Below, one piece after another: positions 38,509 through 47,817 of a DNA stretch of 64,000 nucleotides (within the stretch, counting starts at the first letter, position 1; every line of letters starts with the position of its first letter). The position numbers and the translations under genes are program-made. The stretch covers positions 5,680 through 69,679 of the forward strand of contig JAZKHC010000026.1 in the NCBI GenBank assembly GCA_040385605.1, given 5' to 3'. The notes beneath the pieces were generated by a model. It worked only from the letters and a program-made list of their open reading frames with translations, was not told the origin of the DNA and ran no database searches. Origin of the DNA: Pseudomonadota bacterium (lineage in GTDB: Bacteria > Pseudomonadota > Gammaproteobacteria > Nevskiales > Nevskiaceae).

Positions 38509-40545
38509 GTGATGAAACGGATTTTTGGCTCTTTTGTGGCCTCCTGCCTTTTGCTCGCCGGCTGCGGCGGCGGACTTCAAAGCCCTGACTTCGAGCCTGT
38601 GCTCAAGAATGTCGCCATCACCTTCACGCCTGCGGCGGGCACCAGCGCGGCCACCACGGCCCCGGGCAGCACGTTCCAGTTCATTGCGGTCGGTCTCTAC
38701 AGCACGCCTCCGGGCACCGGCTCAGGCACCGGTTTGGTATCTTGCATGGTACCGACAGAGCCCACCGCCGTTTGCAGCACCGGCGCGGTGAGCGGCGTGA
38801 CTTGGAGCGTTGACCCCACCACGGCAACGGCCCCCATCGCCAGCATCGACAACACCGGCCTTGCCACCGGCCTGCGCCGCGGCAGCGCCACTGTGCGGGC
38901 CAAGGTGCAGTCGTTTGAAGACACCCAATCCCTGCTGGTCAGCGGTGCCGTGCTGAGTTCGTTCACCATCTCGGCCACTCCGGATGAAGTGGTGCCGACC
39001 GGTCGCAGCATCACCCTCACCGCTACCGCTGCGTGCACCGACAACTCGGGCCCGGCCACCTGCATCAAGGATTACACCGCCTACAGCTGGTCGCTGCCGT
39101 CCAACTTCCCGGCCAACACGGTCACTTTCAGCCCGAGCCCGGCCACCGGCAAGATCATCGTCGCCAAGACCAACCGCTTCGGCGCGTTCTCGATCGACGC
39201 CGTGATCACCAACGAAGAGGGTGACCGCATCACTAGCTCGGTTGCGCTCAATGCCACGCTGCGCGTGCTTGACGACATCGTTGTCTCCGCAGACCCCGCA
39301 GTCGCCGCACCAGTGCCGCTCATCAAGGGCACGCGCACGCGCTTCATCGCCCGTGGCGTATTCAGCGATGGCACGACGGGAGAAATCCTCTCCACCGATC
39401 TGGGCGGCAACAACAAGCTGACCTGGAGCCGCGATGCCTCCAGCATCGGTCAATACACCATCGATGACTCCGCCGCCGCACCCACGACCGCGGTGATCGC
39501 CACCGTGGCTGCGGATGCACTGGTTGGTGCCAACGGCCTGACGGCCCGTGGCACCAACACCGAAACCCCCGCGCTCGCCCTTGAAGACCGCATTGCGTTG
39601 GATATCCGCGAAGTTGGCCTGATCGCCGTCACCAAGATCTGCCTCAATGCCGATCTGGGCTCCACCTGCTCGTCGAATGTGCAGATTCCCTTGAACGAGA
39701 CCTATCTGTTCAAGGCGCGTGGCACTTTCCAGGGCGACGCCGCAGGCGTCGAGCGTGATATCGACCCGGCACTGCTGCCCCTGACCTGGGGCAAGACGCC
39801 TGCCTCGACCAACATCACCGTGGCCACCACCACCGGCAGCGACCCTGGCAAGGGCTCCGTGACCGGCAATGCCCAAGGCGTCTCGACCATCAACGTGGCC
39901 CTCAATGCGGGCATCGCAGTCACCGTGGCTGACCGTGACGAAAGCGCCAGCGTGACCGTGGTTGACCAGGATTGCCGCGACCAGCTGCTGCTCAGCAACG
40001 GGGCTGCAGCGACCAGCGATGACGACACACCGAACGACGGCGGCAACGTGCAAAATGCCGGCAACGTGATCGATCCTGATCCAGCCACGTTCGGCCGCTT
40101 CAACGTGGTTGTCGGCGGCGGTGCGGAAGAAACCCTGTCGATGATTTTCCGCCGCGACGCGAACGTCATCACCCCGTCTGCCAGCGGTGGACGCAACGTC
40201 GGGCTATTGTTGGCCTATGATTCCGATGTGATCCTTTCCGACATCTTCACCTTGCGCACGGTCAATGCCACTGGCGCCACGGTGCAGAGCTTCTCCGGCC
40301 TGCAGCCGACGACAGTCACTCGTGGCAGCCAGACCCTCTACTACTACACGGCCAATGCAACGATGCCTTTCAGCGGCCTGCGCATCGAGGCCACGCTGCC
40401 CCCCTTCTCACCTGCTGACATCCTCACCAACCCCACCGGTCTGTTGGATGCCATTCAAGCCTTGCTAGGCGGTGGTGGCTCCGCAGAGGTCGATGTGTTT
40501 ACCGCCTGCGCAGATGTGAACGCTGCAGCACCTGCAGCACCCTGA
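38509..40545 (+). CDS. Large lipoprotein with bacterial Ig-like domains
   Basis: Lipobox LLLAGC, Thr/Ala-rich beta modules, VTWSV...IASIDNTGLATGLRRGSATVRA (Big_2-like). Confidence 0.75.
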   Translation: MMKRIFGSFVASCLLLAGCGGGLQSPDFEPVLKNVAITFTPAAGTSAATTAPGSTFQFIAVGLYSTPPGTGSGTGLVSCMVPTEPTAVCSTGAVSGVTWSVDPTTATAPIASIDNTGLATGLRRGSATVRAKVQSFEDTQSLLVSGAVLSSFTISATPDEVVPTGRSITLTATAACTDNSGPATCIKDYTAYSWSLPSNFPANTVTFSPSPATGKIIVAKTNRFGAFSIDAVITNEEGDRITSSVALNATLRVLDDIVVSADPAVAAPVPLIKGTRTRFIARGVFSDGTTGEILSTDLGGNNKLTWSRDASSIGQYTIDDSAAAPTTAVIATVAADALVGANGLTARGTNTETPALALEDRIALDIREVGLIAVTKICLNADLGSTCSSNVQIPLNETYLFKARGTFQGDAAGVERDIDPALLPLTWGKTPASTNITVATTTGSDPGKGSVTGNAQGVSTINVALNAGIAVTVADRDESASVTVVDQDCRDQLLLSNGAAATSDDDTPNDGGNVQNAGNVIDPDPATFGRFNVVVGGGAEETLSMIFRRDANVITPSASGGRNVGLLLAYDSDVILSDIFTLRTVNATGATVQSFSGLQPTTVTRGSQTLYYYTANATMPFSGLRIEATLPPFSPADILTNPTGLLDAIQALLGGGGSAEVDVFTACADVNAAAPAAP

Positions 40546-40562
40546 AGCAAATCCTCCGAATT

Positions 40563-40590
40563 GAAAAAGGCACCTCAGGGTGCCTTTTTC
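40563..40590. terminator. Bidirectional intrinsic terminator
   Basis: GAAAAAGGCACC-TCA-GGGTGCCTTTTTC between convergent genes. Confidence 0.88.
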
Positions 40591-40675
40591 TTTGTCCACG
40601 CTCGGCTATCCCGAGCTGGAGGACCACCCATCGCAGAGCGATCTTCGAACGCGCTGCAAGCTGCCGCCGAGCGCT

Positions 40676-41833
40676 TCAGTAACCCATCTGCTTCGAGGCA
40701 AGGTCTTTCATGATCTCCAGCGAGCCGCCACCAATGGTCAGCACCTTGGTCTCGCGGTAGATTCGTTCGACCTTGCTGCCACGCAGGTAGCCCGCACCAC
40801 CGAAGATTTGCATCGCCTCGTTGGCCACCCATTCCAGCATGGTGCAGGCGTGGTTCTTCAACAGGCAGACCTCGGCCACCGGCATCTGCTTGTTTGAGAC
40901 GCGCCAGGCCAGCACATCGAGATGCGCCTTCACCGCATCAATGCGCATCTTCATGTCGGCGAGCTTGTGGCGGATCACCTGGTTGCGGATCAGCGGCTTG
41001 CCAAAGGTGACGCGCTCGCGCGCATAGGCGAGGCTCTCGTCGTAGCAGACCTGTGCGAAGGCCCAGGCCTGTGCGGCGAGCATGATCCGCTCCTGATTGA
41101 AATTCATCATGATCGCCATGAAGCCCATATTTTCGGCACCGATGCGGTTGGCCACCGGCACTCGGCAATCGTGAAAATAGAGCGTGGCGGTGTCTGATGC
41201 CCACCAACCCATCTTCTGCAGCGGGCTGCGCGTGAAGCCGGCCATGCCGTCTTCGATCACCAGCAGCGAGATGCCGCCCATGCCCTCACCACCGGTGCGC
41301 ACCGCGCAGGTGATGAAGTCGGCCCGCATGCCGCTGGTGATGAAGGTCTTGCTGCCGTTAACGAGGTAGTCGTCGCCATCACGCACGGCCTTCGTTTTTA
41401 GGTTGGCCACATCGGAGCCGCCGCCGGGCTCGGTGATGGCGAGCGCGGCGATCTTGTCACCCGCCAGCACGGGCGCTGCGAAGCGTGCCTTTTGTGCAGG
41501 CGTGCCCGCATGTGCGATGGGCGGCGTGGCGATGCCGTGACTCATCAGCGAGGCGATCAGCCCGCCGCTGCCTGCTCGTGCGAGTTCTTCGGTGAGCACG
41601 ATCATGTAGAAGAGATCAGGCACCTCCACCCCACCGCAGGCTTCGGGAAAGCCGATCTGCAAAAGGCCTGCATCAGCGGCTTTTTTATGCAGCTCACGCG
41701 GCAGCGATTCGGCGGTTTCCCAGGCGTCGATGTGCGGAACAATCTCTCTTTCCACAAAGCGTCGAACCTGAGTGCGAAAGTCTTCATGCTCTTGGTTGTA
41801 GAAAGGACTCTTGGCAGCTATCGCCATTTCCAT
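40676..41833 (-). CDS. Acyl-CoA dehydrogenase
   Basis: AITEPGGGSDVA, GSKTFITSG, IGGGSLEIM. Confidence 0.92.
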   Translation of the reverse strand: MEMAIAAKSPFYNQEHEDFRTQVRRFVEREIVPHIDAWETAESLPRELHKKAADAGLLQIGFPEACGGVEVPDLFYMIVLTEELARAGSGGLIASLMSHGIATPPIAHAGTPAQKARFAAPVLAGDKIAALAITEPGGGSDVANLKTKAVRDGDDYLVNGSKTFITSGMRADFITCAVRTGGEGMGGISLLVIEDGMAGFTRSPLQKMGWWASDTATLYFHDCRVPVANRIGAENMGFMAIMMNFNQERIMLAAQAWAFAQVCYDESLAYARERVTFGKPLIRNQVIRHKLADMKMRIDAVKAHLDVLAWRVSNKQMPVAEVCLLKNHACTMLEWVANEAMQIFGGAGYLRGSKVERIYRETKVLTIGGGSLEIMKDLASKQMGY

Positions 41834-41933
41834 CTCCAGATATTTTTGGTGTGCGACAGGTTACGGGAGGCGTGAGCGATGCGCTAGCATCAGTCCACAT
41901 CAGCACATCAATCCGAACACCGGAGGAGAACCC

Positions 41934-43625
41934 ATGCCCAAGCATCCTTGCGCGCCCGAGCAGCTGCCGCTTGCCCGCATCTTTCATTGGGAGCGCACAC
42001 GCACCCATTCGCCCTATCTCACGCAGCCGATGGGCAATGGCGTGGTGCGGGACTACACCTGGGGCCATGCAGTAGGAGAGGCGCGGCGCATGGCGGCGTA
42101 CCTCAAGGCGCAGGGCTGGCCCGCCGGCTCGACGGTCGCCATTCTTGGCAAGAACTCCGCGCACTGGATCATGGCCGACTACGCGATCTGGATCGCAGGC
42201 CATGTGTCGGTACCGATCTATCCCACGCTGACTGCTGAAAGCGTGCGGCAGATCCTTGAACACAGCGAGGCCAGGGCCTGTTTCATCGGCAAGCTCGACG
42301 GCTTCGAGCAGATGCGCCCGGGCATCCCCGCCGACTTGCTGTGCATTGCCACCCCGTTGGCCCCGAAGAACGAATATATGCAGTGGGAAAAGATCATCGC
42401 AGACACCCCGCCGCTGGAGGGCGAGGTGGTGCGTGATGCCGACGAGCTGGCCACCATCGTCTACACCTCGGGCACTACCGGAATGCCCAAAGGCGTGATG
42501 CACAGCTTCGCCAACATCGGCTGGTCGGGCACGCCGCCCGAGAAGCGCGGTGCTCTCACGCCGGAAGACCGCATGCTCTCGTACCTGCCGCTCGCGCATG
42601 TTGCCGAACGCTGGCTGGTGGAGGCCAACTCGATCCGCTGCGGCTTCCGCATCTACTTCGTCGAATCGCTCGATACCTTCGCGGCCGACCTGCGCCGCGC
42701 ACGGCCCACCTATTTCATCTCGGTGCCACGCCTCTGGACCAAGTTCCAGCAGGGCGTGTTCTCGATGATGCCCAAGGCCAAGCTCGACCGGCTCATGAAG
42801 ATTCCCATCGTCAGCGGCCTGGTGAAGAAGAAAATCCTCAAGGCTTTGGGCCTCGATGCCGTGCGCATTGCCGGCGGCGGTGCCGCACCGATGCCGCCCT
42901 CGCTGATCAACTGGTATCGAAGCCTGGGCCTCGAACTGCTCGAAGGCTATGGCATGACCGAGAACTTCGGCGTTTCGCACGGTTCGCGCGTCGGCGAGGC
43001 GCGCATCGGCTATGTGGGCCATTGCTGGGACGGCACAGAGCACCGCATCTCACCCGAAGGCGAGGTGCAGACGCGCGGCCCCAGCCTGATGCAGGGCTAT
43101 TTCAAGGAGCCGGAAAAAACCCGCGAAACCATGACCGACGACGGCTGGTTGCGCACGGGTGATCTGGGCGAGATCGACGAGGCGGGGCGCTTGAAGATCG
43201 TCGGCCGGCTCAAGGAGCAGTTCAAGACCAGCAAGGGCAAGTACGTGGCACCCGCACCAATCGAAAACAGGCTCAGCACCCACAGCGCCATCGAAGCCTG
43301 TTGCGTGGTCGGCTCGACCTATCCGCAACCCTTTGCCCTGCTGATGCTCAACGCCGATATCGCCAAAGCCTGCGCAGCCAATGCGGCACAAAGTGCCGAA
43401 CTGTCAGCCTCACTCACCGCGCACCTCGATGCCGTCAACGCCCAGCTCAACGAGCACGAAAAACTGGACTTCTTCGTGGTGGTACCTGAGCAGTGGACCG
43501 TCGAGAATCACTTCATCACCCCGACCATGAAGGTGAAGCGGCCGATGATCGAGTCCAGCTATGCGAAGCACTTTGACCACTGGGCAGCAGCCAGAAAGCC
43601 CGTGATCTGGCACGGCATGGAGTGA
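41934..43625 (+). CDS. Long-chain fatty-acid-CoA ligase (AMP-binding)
   Basis: YTSGTTGMPKG, EGYGMTE, GWLRTGDLG, FKTSKGKYVAP; GGAGGAG RBS. Confidence 0.9.
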   Translation: MPKHPCAPEQLPLARIFHWERTRTHSPYLTQPMGNGVVRDYTWGHAVGEARRMAAYLKAQGWPAGSTVAILGKNSAHWIMADYAIWIAGHVSVPIYPTLTAESVRQILEHSEARACFIGKLDGFEQMRPGIPADLLCIATPLAPKNEYMQWEKIIADTPPLEGEVVRDADELATIVYTSGTTGMPKGVMHSFANIGWSGTPPEKRGALTPEDRMLSYLPLAHVAERWLVEANSIRCGFRIYFVESLDTFAADLRRARPTYFISVPRLWTKFQQGVFSMMPKAKLDRLMKIPIVSGLVKKKILKALGLDAVRIAGGGAAPMPPSLINWYRSLGLELLEGYGMTENFGVSHGSRVGEARIGYVGHCWDGTEHRISPEGEVQTRGPSLMQGYFKEPEKTRETMTDDGWLRTGDLGEIDEAGRLKIVGRLKEQFKTSKGKYVAPAPIENRLSTHSAIEACCVVGSTYPQPFALLMLNADIAKACAANAAQSAELSASLTAHLDAVNAQLNEHEKLDFFVVVPEQWTVENHFITPTMKVKRPMIESSYAKHFDHWAAARKPVIWHGME

Positions 43626-43693
43626 ATTGGCATAAGCCTAAACCGATTGGTTCTTTGCTGATGCCCGCAAGCCCCTGCTAGCGTGGTCAGCTA

Positions 43694-44497
43694 ATGCAAA
43701 CTTATGGCTTAGGTTATTCACTTGCGGGACTCGTCGTCGGCATTGCCGTCGGTGCCACTGGCGTGGGCGGCGGCTCTTTGATGACGCCGATCCTGATCCT
43801 GTTCTATGGCATCAGCCCCAAGTTCGCGGTGGGCACCGACCTGCTCTATGCCTCGATCAGCAAGAGCTGGGGCGTGGTGCTACATCAGCGCAATGGCAGC
43901 ATGGCCTGGTCCATCGTCGGCTGGCTCGTGCTCGGCAGTGTGCCGGGGGCCATCGCCATGCTGCTGTTCATCCAAAGTCATGGCAGTAGCGCCGATCTCG
44001 ACCGCCTCATCAAGCTCACGCTCGCCATTGCGGTGATGACCACAGCCACTTTCACGCTGCTGCAGGAGCCGATTCTCAGGCTGGTCAAGCGCAGCGAGAA
44101 CGCCAGCGGCGTGGGAGTGCTCGAGCGCAACCAAAAGCTTGGCACCGTGCTCTCTGGCCTCTTGATCGGTGCGGTGGTCACGATCAGCTCGGTCGGCGCG
44201 GGCGTGATCGGCATGATGCTGCTGATGATGCTCTACCCCAAGGAGCAGCCGCTGAGGCTGGTGGGCGCTGATCTCGCGCATGCGGTGCTCATCACCGGTC
44301 TTGCAGGCCTTGGACACGCCAAGCTCGGCACGGTGGACTACGCACTGCTCGGCTGGCTGCTGCTGGGCGCGATTCCGGGCATCTGGATCGGCAGCCGCCT
44401 CGGCTTTCGGATGGATGCCAAGGCGCTCAAGCGCGCGATTTCGGTGATGCTGATCATCGCGGGCTCGATGACGCTCTACAAGGCAATCAGCGGTTAA
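43694..44497 (+). CDS. TauE/SafE-family membrane exporter
   Basis: GATGVGGGSLMTP, AVGTDL, hydrophobic helices. Confidence 0.88.
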   Translation: MQTYGLGYSLAGLVVGIAVGATGVGGGSLMTPILILFYGISPKFAVGTDLLYASISKSWGVVLHQRNGSMAWSIVGWLVLGSVPGAIAMLLFIQSHGSSADLDRLIKLTLAIAVMTTATFTLLQEPILRLVKRSENASGVGVLERNQKLGTVLSGLLIGAVVTISSVGAGVIGMMLLMMLYPKEQPLRLVGADLAHAVLITGLAGLGHAKLGTVDYALLGWLLLGAIPGIWIGSRLGFRMDAKALKRAISVMLIIAGSMTLYKAISG

Positions 44498-44509
44498 GAG
44501 AATCCGCCG

Positions 44510-46414
44510 CTAACTTTCGCGCCGCTGCGGGCCCACGACCGTCGCTGAATCATCAAGATCTTTCGCACGCAGCCGCTTCTGCACGCTGCGCAGCACGCCA
44601 GGAGTGTCGAGGCCGATCTGTGCCATCAACTCCTCGCGCGTACCGTGCTCGATGAAGTGATCAGGCAGGCCGAGCGTGAGCAGCGGCACCTGCACCTGGT
44701 GCGCGGCGAGTGCCTCGCAGATGCCAGAGCCCGCACCACCGGTCTTGGCGTTGTCTTCGAGCGTGACCAAGAGATCGTTTTCCTGCGCCAGCTCCAGCAG
44801 CAGTTCCAGATCAAGCGGCTTGACGAAGCGCATGTCGGCGACCACGGCATCGAGAATGTCGGCCGCTTCGAGTGCGACCGGCACCATGCAGCCAAAGGCG
44901 AGAAAAGCCACGCGCGGACGGCGGCGACCACGCGCCTCGCGCACGATGCGGCCCTTGCCGATGGCGAGCGGCTTCGGCAGTTCGTCCACCGCCACGCCCA
45001 GCACATTGCCGCGCGGGTAGCGAACCGCACTCGGGCCTGTGTGAGCCACACCGGTCGCCAGCATGCGGCGCAGCTCGTTCTCGTCGCTCGGGGCCATCAC
45101 CACCAGGTTGGGGATGCAACGCAGGTAGCTCAGGTCAAACGCACCGTGATGCGTTGCACCATCGGCACCCACCAAACCACCGCGATCAATCGCAAAGGTG
45201 ACGGGCAGGTTCTGGATGGCGACATCGTGGATGAGCTGGTCGTAACCGCGCTGCAGAAACGTGGAGTAGATCGCACACACCGGCTTCAAGCCCTCGCAGG
45301 CCATGCCGGCGGCGAGTGTGACCGCATGCTGCTCGGCGATGCCGACATCGAAGTAGCGGGCAGGGAACTGTTGCGAGAACTCGACCAGGCCGGAGCCTTC
45401 ACGCATCGCGGGCGTGATGCCGACGATCTTTGGGTCGCGCGCGGCAGCCGCGCATAGCCAGTCGCCGAACACCGTGGTGTAGGTGGCTTTCGCAGCCGCT
45501 TTCTTGGCGGGGAAGGCACCCGTCACCGGGTCGAACTGGGTGACGCCGTGGTATTTGATCGGCTCGCCCTCGGCCGGCTCGAAGCCCTTGCCCTTGACGG
45601 TGATCACATGCAAAAACTGCGGGCCCTTCGCGGCTTTCAGCTGGTCGAAGGCGGTGGTGAGGGCATCCAGATCATGACCGTCGATGGGGCCGTGATAGTT
45701 GAAGCCCAGCGTCTCGAAGAGGGCACCCGGGCGATCCGCCAAATGCATGTTGTTTTCGCAGCTCTCATCGTCGATGAGGCGCGGCAATGCAAAGCCGAGC
45801 TTGGCGGCGACGCGCGCGGAGTGGTCGCGCAGCGCGCCGACGTTCTCGGAGATCGACATGTCGTTGTCGTTGTAGACCACGAGCATGTCGAGGCCCAGGT
45901 GGCCCGCATGGTTGAGCGCCTCGAAGGCCATGCCGCCGGTCATGCCGCCGTCGCCGATGATGGCGACCGCGCAGCGCGACTCACCCTTCACCCGCGCTGC
46001 GGCGGCCATGCCTGCGGCGGCGGAGATGCTGGTGCTGGAATGGCCGACGCCGAAGGTGTCGTACTCGCTCTCGCCGCGATGGCAGAAGGGCATCAGCCCG
46101 CCGAGCTTGCGGATCGACTCCAGCCGCGCGCGGCGGCCGGTGAGCATCTTGTGCGGATAGGCCTGATGACCCACATCCCACACCAGCCGGTCGTGCGGTG
46201 TGTTGAAGCAGCGATGCAGGGCCACACTCAATTCGACCGTGCCGAGATTGGCGGCAAAGTGCCCGCCGATACGGCCCAGAGTCTCGATCAGATAGCGGCG
46301 CATTTCCACCGCCAGATGCGGCAGGTCGGCGGCGGGCAGCTTGCGCAGCTCGGCGGGGGAGTCGATGCGGCCGAGCAGGGTGTAACCGGGAACGTCGTTG
46401 GCGTTGTGGCTCAT
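44510..46414 (-). CDS. dxs: 1-deoxy-D-xylulose-5-phosphate synthase
   Basis: [50 protein letters not shown]. Confidence 0.95.
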   Translation of the reverse strand: MSHNANDVPGYTLLGRIDSPAELRKLPAADLPHLAVEMRRYLIETLGRIGGHFAANLGTVELSVALHRCFNTPHDRLVWDVGHQAYPHKMLTGRRARLESIRKLGGLMPFCHRGESEYDTFGVGHSSTSISAAAGMAAAARVKGESRCAVAIIGDGGMTGGMAFEALNHAGHLGLDMLVVYNDNDMSISENVGALRDHSARVAAKLGFALPRLIDDESCENNMHLADRPGALFETLGFNYHGPIDGHDLDALTTAFDQLKAAKGPQFLHVITVKGKGFEPAEGEPIKYHGVTQFDPVTGAFPAKKAAAKATYTTVFGDWLCAAAARDPKIVGITPAMREGSGLVEFSQQFPARYFDVGIAEQHAVTLAAGMACEGLKPVCAIYSTFLQRGYDQLIHDVAIQNLPVTFAIDRGGLVGADGATHHGAFDLSYLRCIPNLVVMAPSDENELRRMLATGVAHTGPSAVRYPRGNVLGVAVDELPKPLAIGKGRIVREARGRRRPRVAFLAFGCMVPVALEAADILDAVVADMRFVKPLDLELLLELAQENDLLVTLEDNAKTGGAGSGICEALAAHQVQVPLLTLGLPDHFIEHGTREELMAQIGLDTPGVLRSVQKRLRAKDLDDSATVVGPQRRES

Positions 46415-46608
46415 GACGGATGGGTTAATTAGGACGCGACATTATGGTGCAGCGCGCGTTATGTTGCACTGCGGCAAACATCGAGGCCAGGTGCATCAGC
46501 TGGGTGGCCGATACCGGCAGCAACGGCACACCAACACCAGCCTCAAGCCCGATGGCGTGACGGGTTTCTTCACGACGCGAAGCTGCAAGCTTTGAGGGTC
46601 CAATGCAG

Positions 46609-47496
46609 TTAGTGCTGACGCTGCCGCAACACCGTCAGCAGGTCGCGCAGCGGGTCGGCTGCGGCATCGAAGCCTTGCAGCAGGCAGGCGGCCTCGCCCA
46701 TCAGGCGCGCGGCTTGCTCGCGTGCGGGCATGAGGCCGAGCAGGCGCACGTAGGTCGATTTCTCGGCGGCGGCGTCCTTGCCGGCGGTCTTGCCCAGGGT
46801 GGCGCTGCTGGCGGTGGCATCGAGCACGTCGTCCTGAATCTGGTAGGCGAGGCCGAGCGCACTACCGAAGGCATCGAGCCGCGCGCGCGTAGGCGCATCG
46901 GCATCGGCGGCAGCGGCGGCCAGACGCAGGCAGGCGAGGATCAGCGCACCGGTCTTGTGCGCATGCAGGCGTTCGAGATCAGCGAGCGAGAGGGTTGCCC
47001 CTTCGGCTTCCAGATCAGCCTGCTGGCCGCCGGTCATGCCCCGCGAGCCGCTGGCGCTGGCAAGGCTGCGCAGCATCTCCAGCACGGCGCTTGCAGGCAG
47101 CCCCGGCGCGCTGCTGAGCACCTCGAAGGCGAGCGTCTGCAAGCCGTCTCCCACGAGGATCGCAGTGCCCTCGTCATAGGCCTTGTGGACCGTGGCGCGG
47201 CCCCGGCGCAGGTCGTCGTCATCCATGGCCGGCAGGTCGTCATGCACCAGCGAGAAGGCGTGGATCAGCTCGACGGCGACGGCAGGCGCATCCAGCGCCT
47301 CGGGGCTCAGGCCCAGCGCCTCGCCGCTGGCGTAGACCAGCAGGCCGCGCAGGCGCTTGCCGCCCTCGCAGGCGTAGCGCATCGCGCCGTGCAGGCGGGC
47401 CGGGTAGGTGTCGGCAGGTGGCAGTGCGGCGTCGAGTGCGGTGTGCAGGCGCGCGCGGCGGCTTGCCTCCCAGGCCTTGAAATCGAGGCGGTTCAC
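46609..47496 (-). CDS. ispA: Farnesyl/geranylgeranyl diphosphate synthase
   Basis: GGKRLR, HDDLPAMDDDDLRRG, QIQDDVLD; GTG start overlapping the xseB stop. Confidence 0.93.
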   Translation of the reverse strand: MNRLDFKAWEASRRARLHTALDAALPPADTYPARLHGAMRYACEGGKRLRGLLVYASGEALGLSPEALDAPAVAVELIHAFSLVHDDLPAMDDDDLRRGRATVHKAYDEGTAILVGDGLQTLAFEVLSSAPGLPASAVLEMLRSLASASGSRGMTGGQQADLEAEGATLSLADLERLHAHKTGALILACLRLAAAAADADAPTRARLDAFGSALGLAYQIQDDVLDATASSATLGKTAGKDAAAEKSTYVRLLGLMPAREQAARLMGEAACLLQGFDAAADPLRDLLTVLRQRQH

Positions 47497-47735
47497 GCCT
47501 CGGGCTCGTCCTTGAACTGGCCGTCGATCAGCGTTTTCACTTTCAGCTCGGCGGTGTCGAGGGCTGCGCGACACTCCTGCGTCAGCGCCATGCCGCGCTC
47601 GAAGATGGCGAGCGATTCCTCCAGCTTCAACTCACCGCGTTCGAGCTTCTGCACAATGGCTTCCAGCTCCTGCATCGAGGACTCGAAGCGGGTGACGGGG
47701 TCGGCGGCGGGTACGAGGGGCGTTTTGGAGGGCAT
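47493..47735 (-). CDS. xseB: Exodeoxyribonuclease VII small subunit
   Basis: FESSMQELEAIVQKLERGELKLEESL; xseB-ispA-dxs synteny. Confidence 0.93.
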   Translation of the reverse strand: MPSKTPLVPAADPVTRFESSMQELEAIVQKLERGELKLEESLAIFERGMALTQECRAALDTAELKVKTLIDGQFKDEPEA

Positions 47736-47817
47736 GGCTGCATTTTAAGGGTTTGCCCCGTTGGCAGGCGTCCGCTACCGTGCCGCCCCACTCTTTTATT
47801 CAGCCCTGATCCCGTCA

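Noticed and set aside
46415-46608. Riboswitch/ncRNA or small ORF between ispA and dxs
   Set aside because: No TPP or other riboswitch consensus recognised; the TGCA-rich stretch and short ORFs are too weak to support a call.
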